Positions 18,922 through 26,944 of a stretch of 64,000 bases of DNA are shown here, one piece after another. This DNA is from a virus. Its lineage: Duplodnaviria > Caudoviricetes. The notes beneath the pieces are model-generated. The model saw only the letters and a program-made list of their open reading frames with translations, ran no database searches and was not told the DNA's origin. Location: positions 128,001 through 192,000 of IMG/VR virus record IMGVR_UViG_3300021254_000021; one strand, 5' to 3'. Numbering within the stretch: the first letter of the stretch is position 1; every line of letters begins with the position of its first letter. The translations under genes were made by a program, and so were the position numbers.

Positions 18922-19749
18922 ATGGTTAAATTAAAGAAAGATGAAAAAATGTCGAATAAGATTCTCTCTAAAGTTGGCCTAAAAGGCAAAAAACTGACTG
19001 AGGATGAGTTTACTAAGAAAGCTACAGAGGAATTAAAAGCCCTCTCTAAACTAACACCTAATGGTTGGGAAGCTAACTTAGAACTGAATAGTCATAATAA
19101 AAAAGATTCCCTTCAACACCGCCTGTATATGCAGGATAAAAAAGCACCTGATGATAATTATATTGTTATAACATTTGCTTGGTGGAAAGACTGGGATTAT
19201 GATGAATATGATCATACAGTCTATTACAAATCCAGTATAGATGGAAAAGAGGAAGAAGATGATATTCTACTAGGGTATGAGGGTAAATGGGATCTCTCTA
19301 AACTGAATACTTGGTTAAATGGCAAACTTGCCGAGATTAAAAAGAATACCAAACCAGAAAGCAGAGTGATTCGTAGAGAGTCTATCGTCACTGGGCATGA
19401 TTTAGATATGGTTTTAATGGATTTAGGAAATATTATAGAGAATTTAGATTATATAGAACAGCGTTATGATGTACCACAAGAAGTTTCTCGTTGTATCTCT
19501 TTAGCAGAAAGTTTATCAGAAGCTATTTCAAGTATAGTAAAAATGAATAATGGGGACTTTGAAAAATCTATACGGGATGATAGATTAAGAGGTATTCGAG
19601 GTATTATTGTTCGTTTTGGTAATGCCGCTGAGAAAGTTTTAAGGATGTTACATGACCCTATGGGAGATACATGGACAAATCATAGTCAACTTAAATACTT
19701 AGAAAGAGATATAGAAAATATCTTGAGTACATTAAGTAAAATAGGTTAG
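18922..19749 (+). CDS. Hypothetical protein with MVKLKKDE leader (putative internal head protein)
   Basis: Shared N-terminal motif; internal PESRVIRRES junction. Confidence 0.65.
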   Translation: MVKLKKDEKMSNKILSKVGLKGKKLTEDEFTKKATEELKALSKLTPNGWEANLELNSHNKKDSLQHRLYMQDKKAPDDNYIVITFAWWKDWDYDEYDHTVYYKSSIDGKEEEDDILLGYEGKWDLSKLNTWLNGKLAEIKKNTKPESRVIRRESIVTGHDLDMVLMDLGNIIENLDYIEQRYDVPQEVSRCISLAESLSEAISSIVKMNNGDFEKSIRDDRLRGIRGIIVRFGNAAEKVLRMLHDPMGDTWTNHSQLKYLERDIENILSTLSKIG

Positions 19750-19753
19750 TTAG

Positions 19754-19783
19754 AAAGCCCCAACTAAGGGGCTTTTCTTTTTT
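19754..19783 (+). terminator. Intrinsic terminator
   Basis: AAAGCCCC-AACTAA-GGGGCTTTT followed by a T-tract. Confidence 0.8.
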
Positions 19784-19795
19784 ATAGGAGACAGC

Positions 19796-20266
19796 ATGAC
19801 AGACCGCATTTCATGGGATTCCTATTTCATGTCCATAGCGTATATAGCTTCATTGCGTAGTATAGATCCTCATACTAAGGTTGGGGCAGTATTAGTAGAT
19901 TCAGAACATCATATAGTAGGTACGGGGTATAATTCATTTGTGAAGGGTATAGATGATTCACAATTACCTTTATCCAGAGAGGGAGATTTTTTATCGACGA
20001 AATACCCGTATATTGTACATGCAGAGATTAACTGCATTCTTAATTCAGTTACACATTCTCTTACTGGTTCTACTTTATTCTGCACTTTGTTTCCATGCAA
20101 TGAGTGTATGAAGGCGATAATCAATAAAGGGATAACCGAGATTGTTTATCTTAATGAGCCTTCTACTAAAGACATATACATCGCTTCCAGACGGCTAATG
20201 GAACTATCTAATACCAGTTGTCGTCAGCTCACTAACTTTTCCATACATACTATTCTAAAGCAATGA
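19796..20266 (+). CDS. dCMP deaminase
   Basis: WDSYFM, RS-DP-TKVGAV, GYN, HAE-N and FPCNEC. Confidence 0.92.
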   Translation: MTDRISWDSYFMSIAYIASLRSIDPHTKVGAVLVDSEHHIVGTGYNSFVKGIDDSQLPLSREGDFLSTKYPYIVHAEINCILNSVTHSLTGSTLFCTLFPCNECMKAIINKGITEIVYLNEPSTKDIYIASRRLMELSNTSCRQLTNFSIHTILKQ

Positions 20267-21012
20267 GAATAACAGCTATATCCGATATTCATGGTGACTT
20301 AATTCAAATAAAACCAACTGATTTACTGATTATAGCGGGTGACTGGTCTCCATTAGAGATACAACGAAACCCATTCTTTATGCGGGAATGGATGAATGAT
20401 TGTTTGCTAGAATGGTTTAAAGAGATTCAGGCAGACAAGATCATCTTTATCGCAGGAAACCATGACTTTGTATGTGACCCAAACTATATCAATATGGGCT
20501 TTACAGAGCTTCAATTCCTTCTTAGTTTTGAAAAGGATTTCTTACAGCCTTTACTAAGAAAACATAATCTTACAAACAAGGTGAAGTATCTGTGCAATTC
20601 CCTTACTGTATATAAGGGTTATAGAATATATGGTTTTCCTAACGTAGAAGGGTGTCATGGTTGGGCTTTTAGTCAGGCTGAAATAAGACAGTCTTTTAGG
20701 CTGATTAAAAAGTGTGATATTCTGATTACGCACCAACCACCTTTATATAATCGTATAGGTAGAACGGTAGTGAACAAGCAGGATTGTGAATTTGGTTCAT
20801 ACCAATTGTTAGATGTCATTCAAAGGAAAAGACCGCAGTATCTTTTCTGTGGTCATATCCATGAGGGAGATCATTCTAAAACAGTATATAATCATCCCGA
20901 GGGCGGATTTACAGAGATGTATAATTGCTCTATAAAGGATGAGGAATACAATGTCTTTTTTAAACCACAAGTCGTAGAAATTCCAAACCGTACAGGAGAG
21001 AACAATGCTTAA
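20263..21012 (+). CDS. Calcineurin-like metallophosphoesterase
   Basis: SDIHG, AGD, GNHD, THQPP and GHIH. Confidence 0.9.
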   Translation: MRITAISDIHGDLIQIKPTDLLIIAGDWSPLEIQRNPFFMREWMNDCLLEWFKEIQADKIIFIAGNHDFVCDPNYINMGFTELQFLLSFEKDFLQPLLRKHNLTNKVKYLCNSLTVYKGYRIYGFPNVEGCHGWAFSQAEIRQSFRLIKKCDILITHQPPLYNRIGRTVVNKQDCEFGSYQLLDVIQRKRPQYLFCGHIHEGDHSKTVYNHPEGGFTEMYNCSIKDEEYNVFFKPQVVEIPNRTGENNA

Positions 21013-22237
21013 TCCAAAGACAAACCAAAGAGAATTAGCTTATATTGTAGAGGTGGCGGAAACAAAACCCTTAGAGGGATATGACAAGGTACATTATATC
21101 AGGATAAATTTATGGTGGGTGGTTGCCACAAAGTCTTTAAATACAGGTGATAAAGCCATCTATTTCGAGATAGATTCTTTATTGCCAGAATCGGATAAAC
21201 GTTTTGCGTTTATGGCTAAAAAGAAATTTAGGGTGAAAACACAAAAGATGTGTCGTGTCACTTCTCAAGGATTAGCTTTACCTATAACGGAGTTTCCAGA
21301 ACTTAAGAATGCAAAAGTCGGAGACTTCGTTACCGATAAATTGAAAGTCTCTTTATATGAGCCAGAAGTTAAGGATTATAAACCACAATCTAAGGTATCT
21401 CCTTTCCAGAAAGCAATGGACAGACATAAAACCTTCTTTAGATTCCCACCTGTTAAATTTATGCTTCGCTTTAACTGGTTTCGATCTTTAATGAAAAAAG
21501 TCTTTATCCATAAGAAGGATAAGATTGTTTGGCCAAGTTGGCTACCTAAAACAGGTTCAGAGAGAATCCAGAATCTACCACACTTATTAGACAATTCTAC
21601 AATAACAGAGGTAGTTGGAGATAATGAGATTGAGGTAAAGGAAAAATCCCCCATCTCTTATGTATGTAGTGAAAAGGTGGATGGAATGAGTTCCAGTTAT
21701 ATACTGGATGAAAAGAATGTGTATTATGTGGGTAGTCACAATGTGATTGTGTATTCCTCTAAGGATAAAGATTCTAAGAATATTGCCGACGGTAATGCGT
21801 ACATTAAGAATAATATCTGGATGGATATGGGGGAGAAATACAATCTTAGAGATAAGTTAAAACAGCTTAAAGAAAAGCGTAAGGTAAAGACTGTGGCTAT
21901 ACAGGGAGAGTCTTACGGGTCTGGTGTACAGAAAAGGACATATTCTAAAAAGCATGGGGAGCAGGATTTCGTTGTTTTCCACATTTGGTTTGATGGCAAG
22001 CGTATTCCGATGCAGGAAATGACACATATCTGTGATGAAACCTATTTGCCTCATGTAAACATATTTAATTGGGATTATCATTTACCTTCTACGGTTGAGG
22101 AGATTATAAAAGACATAGACTCTAAACAGTCTGCAATAGATGGCGGGGATATTGAGGGATTTGTCTTTTATTCTCAAGACGGGCAACAGAACTTTAAGTG
22201 TGTTTCCCCCAATTATCTAATGAAGTATCATGGTTAA
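21005..22237 (+). CDS. RNA ligase (Rnl2/DRB0094-like, with N-terminal OB domain)
   Basis: YFEIDS and SQGL in the N-terminal domain; EKVDG (motif I), QGE, FVVF, EGFV and FK. Confidence 0.85.
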   Translation: MLNPKTNQRELAYIVEVAETKPLEGYDKVHYIRINLWWVVATKSLNTGDKAIYFEIDSLLPESDKRFAFMAKKKFRVKTQKMCRVTSQGLALPITEFPELKNAKVGDFVTDKLKVSLYEPEVKDYKPQSKVSPFQKAMDRHKTFFRFPPVKFMLRFNWFRSLMKKVFIHKKDKIVWPSWLPKTGSERIQNLPHLLDNSTITEVVGDNEIEVKEKSPISYVCSEKVDGMSSSYILDEKNVYYVGSHNVIVYSSKDKDSKNIADGNAYIKNNIWMDMGEKYNLRDKLKQLKEKRKVKTVAIQGESYGSGVQKRTYSKKHGEQDFVVFHIWFDGKRIPMQEMTHICDETYLPHVNIFNWDYHLPSTVEEIIKDIDSKQSAIDGGDIEGFVFYSQDGQQNFKCVSPNYLMKYHG

Positions 22238-22278
22238 GTTAAATTAACCATAAGGAGACATAAAAAGGAGAAACAGCA

Positions 22279-22791
22279 ATGGAAGTAAAGCGTGAATTAG
22301 ACTTTGATGATCTGGACAGCTTCTTTTGGTCTGGTGCTAGAGATCGTTGGAATGATGCAACAGATGATCAAAAAGAGCGTGTATGGGATTTAATCCAAGA
22401 AGTCTTTGCAGAGGAAATACCTACGGAAACAGAGGTAAACGACTTTGTTTGGTTTGAATGCGATGACATCTTTAATGAAAAAGATGAAGATGAGGAAAAG
22501 GATGAGTCCAGAAAGGTTGAAGTAAAACAGCCTCGTAAACTCCCAAGAAAGAATGCCCGCTGTGAAGCGGTTGATATGAATAAACCTTTATGGGAAGGTT
22601 GGTCGGCACAGAATTATGCTGATGAGAATGAAAAATTAATGGATATGATCATGTCAGGTCGTACTTGGCGTGACATTCCAAAGACTAAAGCGGAATTAAA
22701 AACTACCATAGCTAATGCTTGCCTCCCAAATGTTCCCAAACTCCAGAGAGCCGTTGTGGATTACTTCGCTAAGAAGTACGGCCTTAGATAA
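22279..22791 (+). CDS. Two-module hypothetical protein
   Basis: WSGA...TEVNDFVWFE module, an acidic/ES linker, then a second module. Confidence 0.65.
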   Translation: MEVKRELDFDDLDSFFWSGARDRWNDATDDQKERVWDLIQEVFAEEIPTETEVNDFVWFECDDIFNEKDEDEEKDESRKVEVKQPRKLPRKNARCEAVDMNKPLWEGWSAQNYADENEKLMDMIMSGRTWRDIPKTKAELKTTIANACLPNVPKLQRAVVDYFAKKYGLR

Positions 22792-22916
22792 GTTAATTTA
22801 ACTTTTAAAGGTTGGGTGTGTCACCTAAATGAAAAATGGGAGACATACTGAGTATAAATATAGAGCCGTGACATGACGTTGCGGCTTTTCTTTTACCATT
22901 CTCAGGACTTGTAACA

Positions 22917-23159
22917 ATGGATTACACAAAAGAGTTTGCACCCAATTCTTCTTATGGCATTTTCAATTACCAAACCGATAAGATGGAAGTAATAAGGATA
23001 AATTCCAGAAAGGGGGTTTGGGTAAATGTAACTCTGAACAATAGGACGTTTGATGTGCGTGTTACAACGATTACCAATCCTAAAGCAGAATCTTTACTAA
23101 TCGAAAATTATTGCCCAGTTTATTCGTATCAAAAGGAGATAGCAAATGAGTACAACTAA
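22917..23159 (+). CDS. Hypothetical protein
   Basis: 80 aa ORF. Confidence 0.55.
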   Translation: MDYTKEFAPNSSYGIFNYQTDKMEVIRINSRKGVWVNVTLNNRTFDVRVTTITNPKAESLLIENYCPVYSYQKEIANEYN

Positions 23160-23598
23160 AATCGACTACACACAATACCCAGATGCCTCTATTCCTGTTT
23201 ATTATTCTACTCCTAAAGGATATATCACTTATACAGGCCAGATCATTCCACGCCATTGTCAAAGTAAGGTGTATTTAATGACACCTAAAAGGGCGTCTAA
23301 GGTATTGGATTTAATACCATACCAAGAATACTTAGATGGAGATATAACCAAAGAGGATAAATTTATACATGAAGAATATGGCAAAAAGATGAACTTTACC
23401 AAGCTCAATAGAGCTATACAAACATCTTTACACTTAGAGACAGGAAAAGACAGAGACATCCACACCCTGTTTAATAATCTAATTAAGAACTTTCCATATA
23501 CGGTTAAAGAGAAGCCTAAGAAGGTAGTTAAGCAGGAAGCAGAGGAAGCTAGGTTTAAGACAGATTTACAATATCGTTTTGATTTAGACTATGACTAG
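23146..23598 (+). CDS. Hypothetical protein
   Basis: AAGGAG RBS; 150 aa. Confidence 0.6.
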   Translation: MSTTKIDYTQYPDASIPVYYSTPKGYITYTGQIIPRHCQSKVYLMTPKRASKVLDLIPYQEYLDGDITKEDKFIHEEYGKKMNFTKLNRAIQTSLHLETGKDRDIHTLFNNLIKNFPYTVKEKPKKVVKQEAEEARFKTDLQYRFDLDYD

Positions 23599-23600
23599 AA

Positions 23601-23635
23601 GAAAAGCCCTATCTATTACGGTAGGGCTTTTCTTC
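23601..23635 (+). terminator. Intrinsic terminator-like hairpin, similar in sequence to 52646..52682
   Basis: GAAAAGCCCTATC-TATTAC-GGTAGGGCTTTTC. Confidence 0.7.
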
Positions 23636-23648
23636 TATGGAGATAACT

Positions 23649-24206
23649 ATGAGAGTTAAAAAAGAGGTATTTGGTATTGGAAATTCCAATATGGACATAG
23701 ATCCTAAAGATGTTATAAAACAACTCCCCACATTGCTTAAAGTGAATAATAAAAAGATTAACCTTGACTGGGAGTTGGATAAATATGGCAAACCAACTAT
23801 CACATCCAGTCTTTCCATTCCTTTAAGGGATGGTAAAAAGGGTTCTTGGATTCAACTAATTACAGTATTGTCTTTAGGTCTTAAAGACAAGCTCTTTTCA
23901 CTAAAGCAGAGGCTTTCAATCGTATTGGATCATAAAGAGCAAATTAAGCAGGACATCCCCTTATTCATAAATGAGAAATTTAAGTCTTTAAAAGACTTGG
24001 TAGATAAGGTTAAAGATTCTCTAACATCATTCTCTACCACCAAACTAAAAGATATAATGAAAAAACTAGGTCTTACTAAGGAGTCTTTTACCATGCATTA
24101 TATGACAGAAAAAGAGGAAGGTGAAAGGACGGATGTAATTGTAAAGGTGGGGAACAAGTGGCGGATAAAAGGACGCAAAGTACATTTAAAAAGGAGTCCT
24201 ATATGA
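23649..24206 (+). CDS. Hypothetical protein (MRVKKE leader); last module truncated
   Basis: Ends in TDVIVKVGNKWRIK, a partial copy of the N-terminal module of 24959..25456. Confidence 0.6.
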   Translation: MRVKKEVFGIGNSNMDIDPKDVIKQLPTLLKVNNKKINLDWELDKYGKPTITSSLSIPLRDGKKGSWIQLITVLSLGLKDKLFSLKQRLSIVLDHKEQIKQDIPLFINEKFKSLKDLVDKVKDSLTSFSTTKLKDIMKKLGLTKESFTMHYMTEKEEGERTDVIVKVGNKWRIKGRKVHLKRSPI

Positions 24207-24949
24207 ATCAGAAAGAATGGAGAAAAGCTAGATATTCAATAAAAGATGGAGATAGAAATTCTTTCTTTTATTTTAGGAATTTGGCTTCTCAATTATTAGG
24301 TTTAAAGAAAGGTTATGTAATACATCATTTACGAGATTCTGAAGAAGCTAGGACATTTAATGATACCTATTATGAACGATGGGGAATAGACTTTGATGGT
24401 GTTTGTAAATATTGTATTTTAATGACTGAAGATGAACATAGAAAATATCATTCTTTTTCTGAAGAAACTAGAAAGAAAATTGGAGAATCTAATAGGATTA
24501 CTAAAGCTAAGAAAGAATATAAGGATAAAGTATCTGGTAAGAATAATTATATGTATGGAAAAAAGAGAGAGTTTACTGATGATCAGAAAAAAAGAATTAG
24601 TGAAAAGAGAAAATTATATCTAGCTGATCCTGAACATAGAAAGCAATTAAGTGATAGTAGAATTAGGTATTTTAAAGATCATCCTCTTACAGAGGATCAG
24701 AAGAGGACTATATCTGAAAAAACTAGAGAGGCAATGAAAGATCCTAAGATAAGAGAAAAGTGTAGTAGAGGAGTAAAGGGTAAACCGAGTCATCATAAAG
24801 GTAAAACATTATCTGCTGAATCTAGGAAGAAGATTAGTGAATCGAACTTTTCAAGAGAAGCGTCCCTTCTATATAAAGAATATAAGCGTAATGGTGGATT
24901 ACTAAACTGGAATAATTGGCAAAAAGCACATTATCCAGAGTATGATTAG
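24203..24949 (+). CDS. Free-standing homing endonuclease (HNH-like domain plus NUMOD3 repeats)
   Basis: VIHH...LMTEDEHRKYH, then SEETRKKIGE, GKNNYMYGK and KGKTLSAESRKKISE; RBS before ATG 24203. Confidence 0.8.
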   Translation: MNQKEWRKARYSIKDGDRNSFFYFRNLASQLLGLKKGYVIHHLRDSEEARTFNDTYYERWGIDFDGVCKYCILMTEDEHRKYHSFSEETRKKIGESNRITKAKKEYKDKVSGKNNYMYGKKREFTDDQKKRISEKRKLYLADPEHRKQLSDSRIRYFKDHPLTEDQKRTISEKTREAMKDPKIREKCSRGVKGKPSHHKGKTLSAESRKKISESNFSREASLLYKEYKRNGGLLNWNNWQKAHYPEYD

Positions 24950-24958
24950 GAGGTTTAT

Positions 24959-25456
24959 ATGATAAAATTAAAAAGATTAGTAGAAAACGATGATACTGGT
25001 GTGATAAGGAAGGTAGGAAGTAAATGGAGGATTCTTAAAAAGAATCGTAAAGATTATTGGAATGCTAAATATGACACCAAAGCTGATGCACAGGCCGCAT
25101 TAAGAGCATACTGGGCGAACAAGCATGAATGTCTTAATCAGAATAAACCCATTATACTTGAAGGGTTTAATACCTCTATCGGTAGAGACCTTTTAAAGAG
25201 TATTCAAAGTTTCCTAATTAGCATCTTTGGGCACACTCTTTATTTTGATCATGTCACAGATAATAAAGCAGACCTTTATTATCACGGGGATGAGGTAGCC
25301 GAGTTGTTATATGATAATACCACAGAGGAAGTGGTAATTATGCCAGAGGATAATTCTCTAGCCCCAGTATCATTCTATGATACATCAGAATACGAGATAA
25401 AGGATTACCTTTCTGATTTAATCCTTGGTGATTTAACCCCTCAATATGCCTATTAA
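24959..25456 (+). CDS. Hypothetical protein with MIKLKRLVE leader
   Basis: AGGAGG RBS; shared N-terminal motif. Confidence 0.65.
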   Translation: MIKLKRLVENDDTGVIRKVGSKWRILKKNRKDYWNAKYDTKADAQAALRAYWANKHECLNQNKPIILEGFNTSIGRDLLKSIQSFLISIFGHTLYFDHVTDNKADLYYHGDEVAELLYDNTTEEVVIMPEDNSLAPVSFYDTSEYEIKDYLSDLILGDLTPQYAY

Positions 25457-25461
25457 CCATT

Positions 25462-26064
25462 ATGTTTGATCTCTTTTGTAAAGCAATACTATCAGGAATA
25501 TTTATCGCCGTGGGCGGAGTGATAAACTTGAAAATTGGAGGGCCATTTGGAGCTTTCCTATTTTCTTTTGGTTTACTTTCCGTTGTACATTACTCTTTAC
25601 CTTTATTCACAGGTAAATCAGGTTTTTGTAAATATTCCCAAGACTTCAAAACACTACCTTTAATTCTGTTAGGGAATATCGTCGGTACATTCATTATCGG
25701 TGTTTGTACGCACCTAGCTTATCCAGAGTTAATAGAAAAGGCTAATACTATTACTATACACCGTCAAGAAGCAAGTGTCTTTGTAGCCCTGTTTTCATCC
25801 TTTATGTGCGGGCTTATAATGACTACGGTAGTAAAGTTCGCAAGACAAAAGAAATTTATACCACTCTTAGTCGGCGTTCCTTTATTTATCCTAGCGGGGT
25901 TTTGGCATTCAATAGCAGATGCTTTTTATTATTCTGTCTCATGGGATATTACACCATCTTTTTGGTATATTTACATCATAACCGTACTAGGTAATTTTAT
26001 AGGTTGTAATACCTACAATTTACTGGTAAACAAAACATTTAAACTAAAAGAAGAAGGAGAATAA
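25462..26064 (+). CDS. Formate/nitrite transporter (FNT) family channel
   Basis: About six hydrophobic segments; AILSGIFI, LFTG, GNIVG, GFWHSIAD and GNFIG match FNT signatures. Confidence 0.85.
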   Translation: MFDLFCKAILSGIFIAVGGVINLKIGGPFGAFLFSFGLLSVVHYSLPLFTGKSGFCKYSQDFKTLPLILLGNIVGTFIIGVCTHLAYPELIEKANTITIHRQEASVFVALFSSFMCGLIMTTVVKFARQKKFIPLLVGVPLFILAGFWHSIADAFYYSVSWDITPSFWYIYIITVLGNFIGCNTYNLLVNKTFKLKEEGE

Positions 26065-26066
26065 AC

Positions 26067-26771
26067 ATGGTAAAATTAAAACGGTGCAATGAAATTTCTG
26101 ATTATGATTCTTGGGTTAAGTATGATTCCAATCCATATTGGAATGAAGATTGGAGGGAAGATGACGAGGACTCTGATGATTCAGAAGTATTAGTAGAAGC
26201 TACGCATACTTCCTCTGCACATTTTTATGATTCTTATGTTGATTATACTGATAGTATAGACTTAGAATATAATAATGGTGAGAAAGACAATAGATCTGAA
26301 AGTGTTAAAATAAAGTATGTAGATTTATTACCTGAGATAAAGGTACTGGATAAGAAAAAACTACAGGATTGGATTTCAAGAATTTCTAAAGGAGAGGAAG
26401 AAGGATTACTAGAGGACAATAAAGGTGGTTTTGATTACATTATATGTAGTTTCTTTAAAGGGATAGTAAAGAGAGGAGTTATTACTAATGAGTACAAATA
26501 TTCTTGGTATAATGATACCTCTAGTACATGGTTCCATGATGTTGGTTGGACTAAAGCAGACACTTTTGATAAAAATAAAGCTGCTGACATTTTCCTTGTA
26601 GATATAATGGATCCCGTTTTTGATAAACTTAAAATAGACTTTTCAAACTTAACTTTTGACGATTTCTGTTATTATATAGAATTTGGTCAGGGTAATTTCC
26701 ATAATCCAGAAGTGACTATAGTAAGTGAAGCTACTCAAGAAGACTTAGATTATATAGAAAGAATGTCCTAA
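26067..26771 (+). CDS. Acidic hypothetical protein with MVKLKRCNE leader
   Basis: AAGGAG RBS; shared N-terminal motif. Confidence 0.65.
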   Translation: MVKLKRCNEISDYDSWVKYDSNPYWNEDWREDDEDSDDSEVLVEATHTSSAHFYDSYVDYTDSIDLEYNNGEKDNRSESVKIKYVDLLPEIKVLDKKKLQDWISRISKGEEEGLLEDNKGGFDYIICSFFKGIVKRGVITNEYKYSWYNDTSSTWFHDVGWTKADTFDKNKAADIFLVDIMDPVFDKLKIDFSNLTFDDFCYYIEFGQGNFHNPEVTIVSEATQEDLDYIERMS

Positions 26772-26877
26772 ATACTATATTTTCTTCTTGATTATATAGA
26801 AGAAAATTTTTAGTCTAAGCTATAAACAAGTATCTAAAAAATGAACCATGTAGGTATCTAATAAGTGCTAAATTGAT

Positions 26878-26901
26878 GAGGCGTCCAAGAGACGCCTTTT
26901 T
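26878..26901 (+). terminator. Intrinsic terminator
   Basis: GAGGCGTC-CAAGA-GACGCCTTTTT. Confidence 0.7.
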
Positions 26902-26944
26902 GTAACCTATACTATACCTAACTGAATGGACAGGGAGTAACATC

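Noticed and set aside
22279-22500. Anti-CRISPR assignment for the small acidic WSGA module
   Set aside because: Acidity and size alone are not evidence, and I cannot match it to a named Acr family without a search.
24158-24960. Group I intron around the HNH/NUMOD3 gene
   Set aside because: There is almost no non-coding space on either side for a ribozyme core, and the downstream gene has its own RBS and start.
26772-26944. NrdR boxes upstream of nrdD
   Set aside because: ATACTATATTTT is only a partial match and no tandem palindromic pair is evident.
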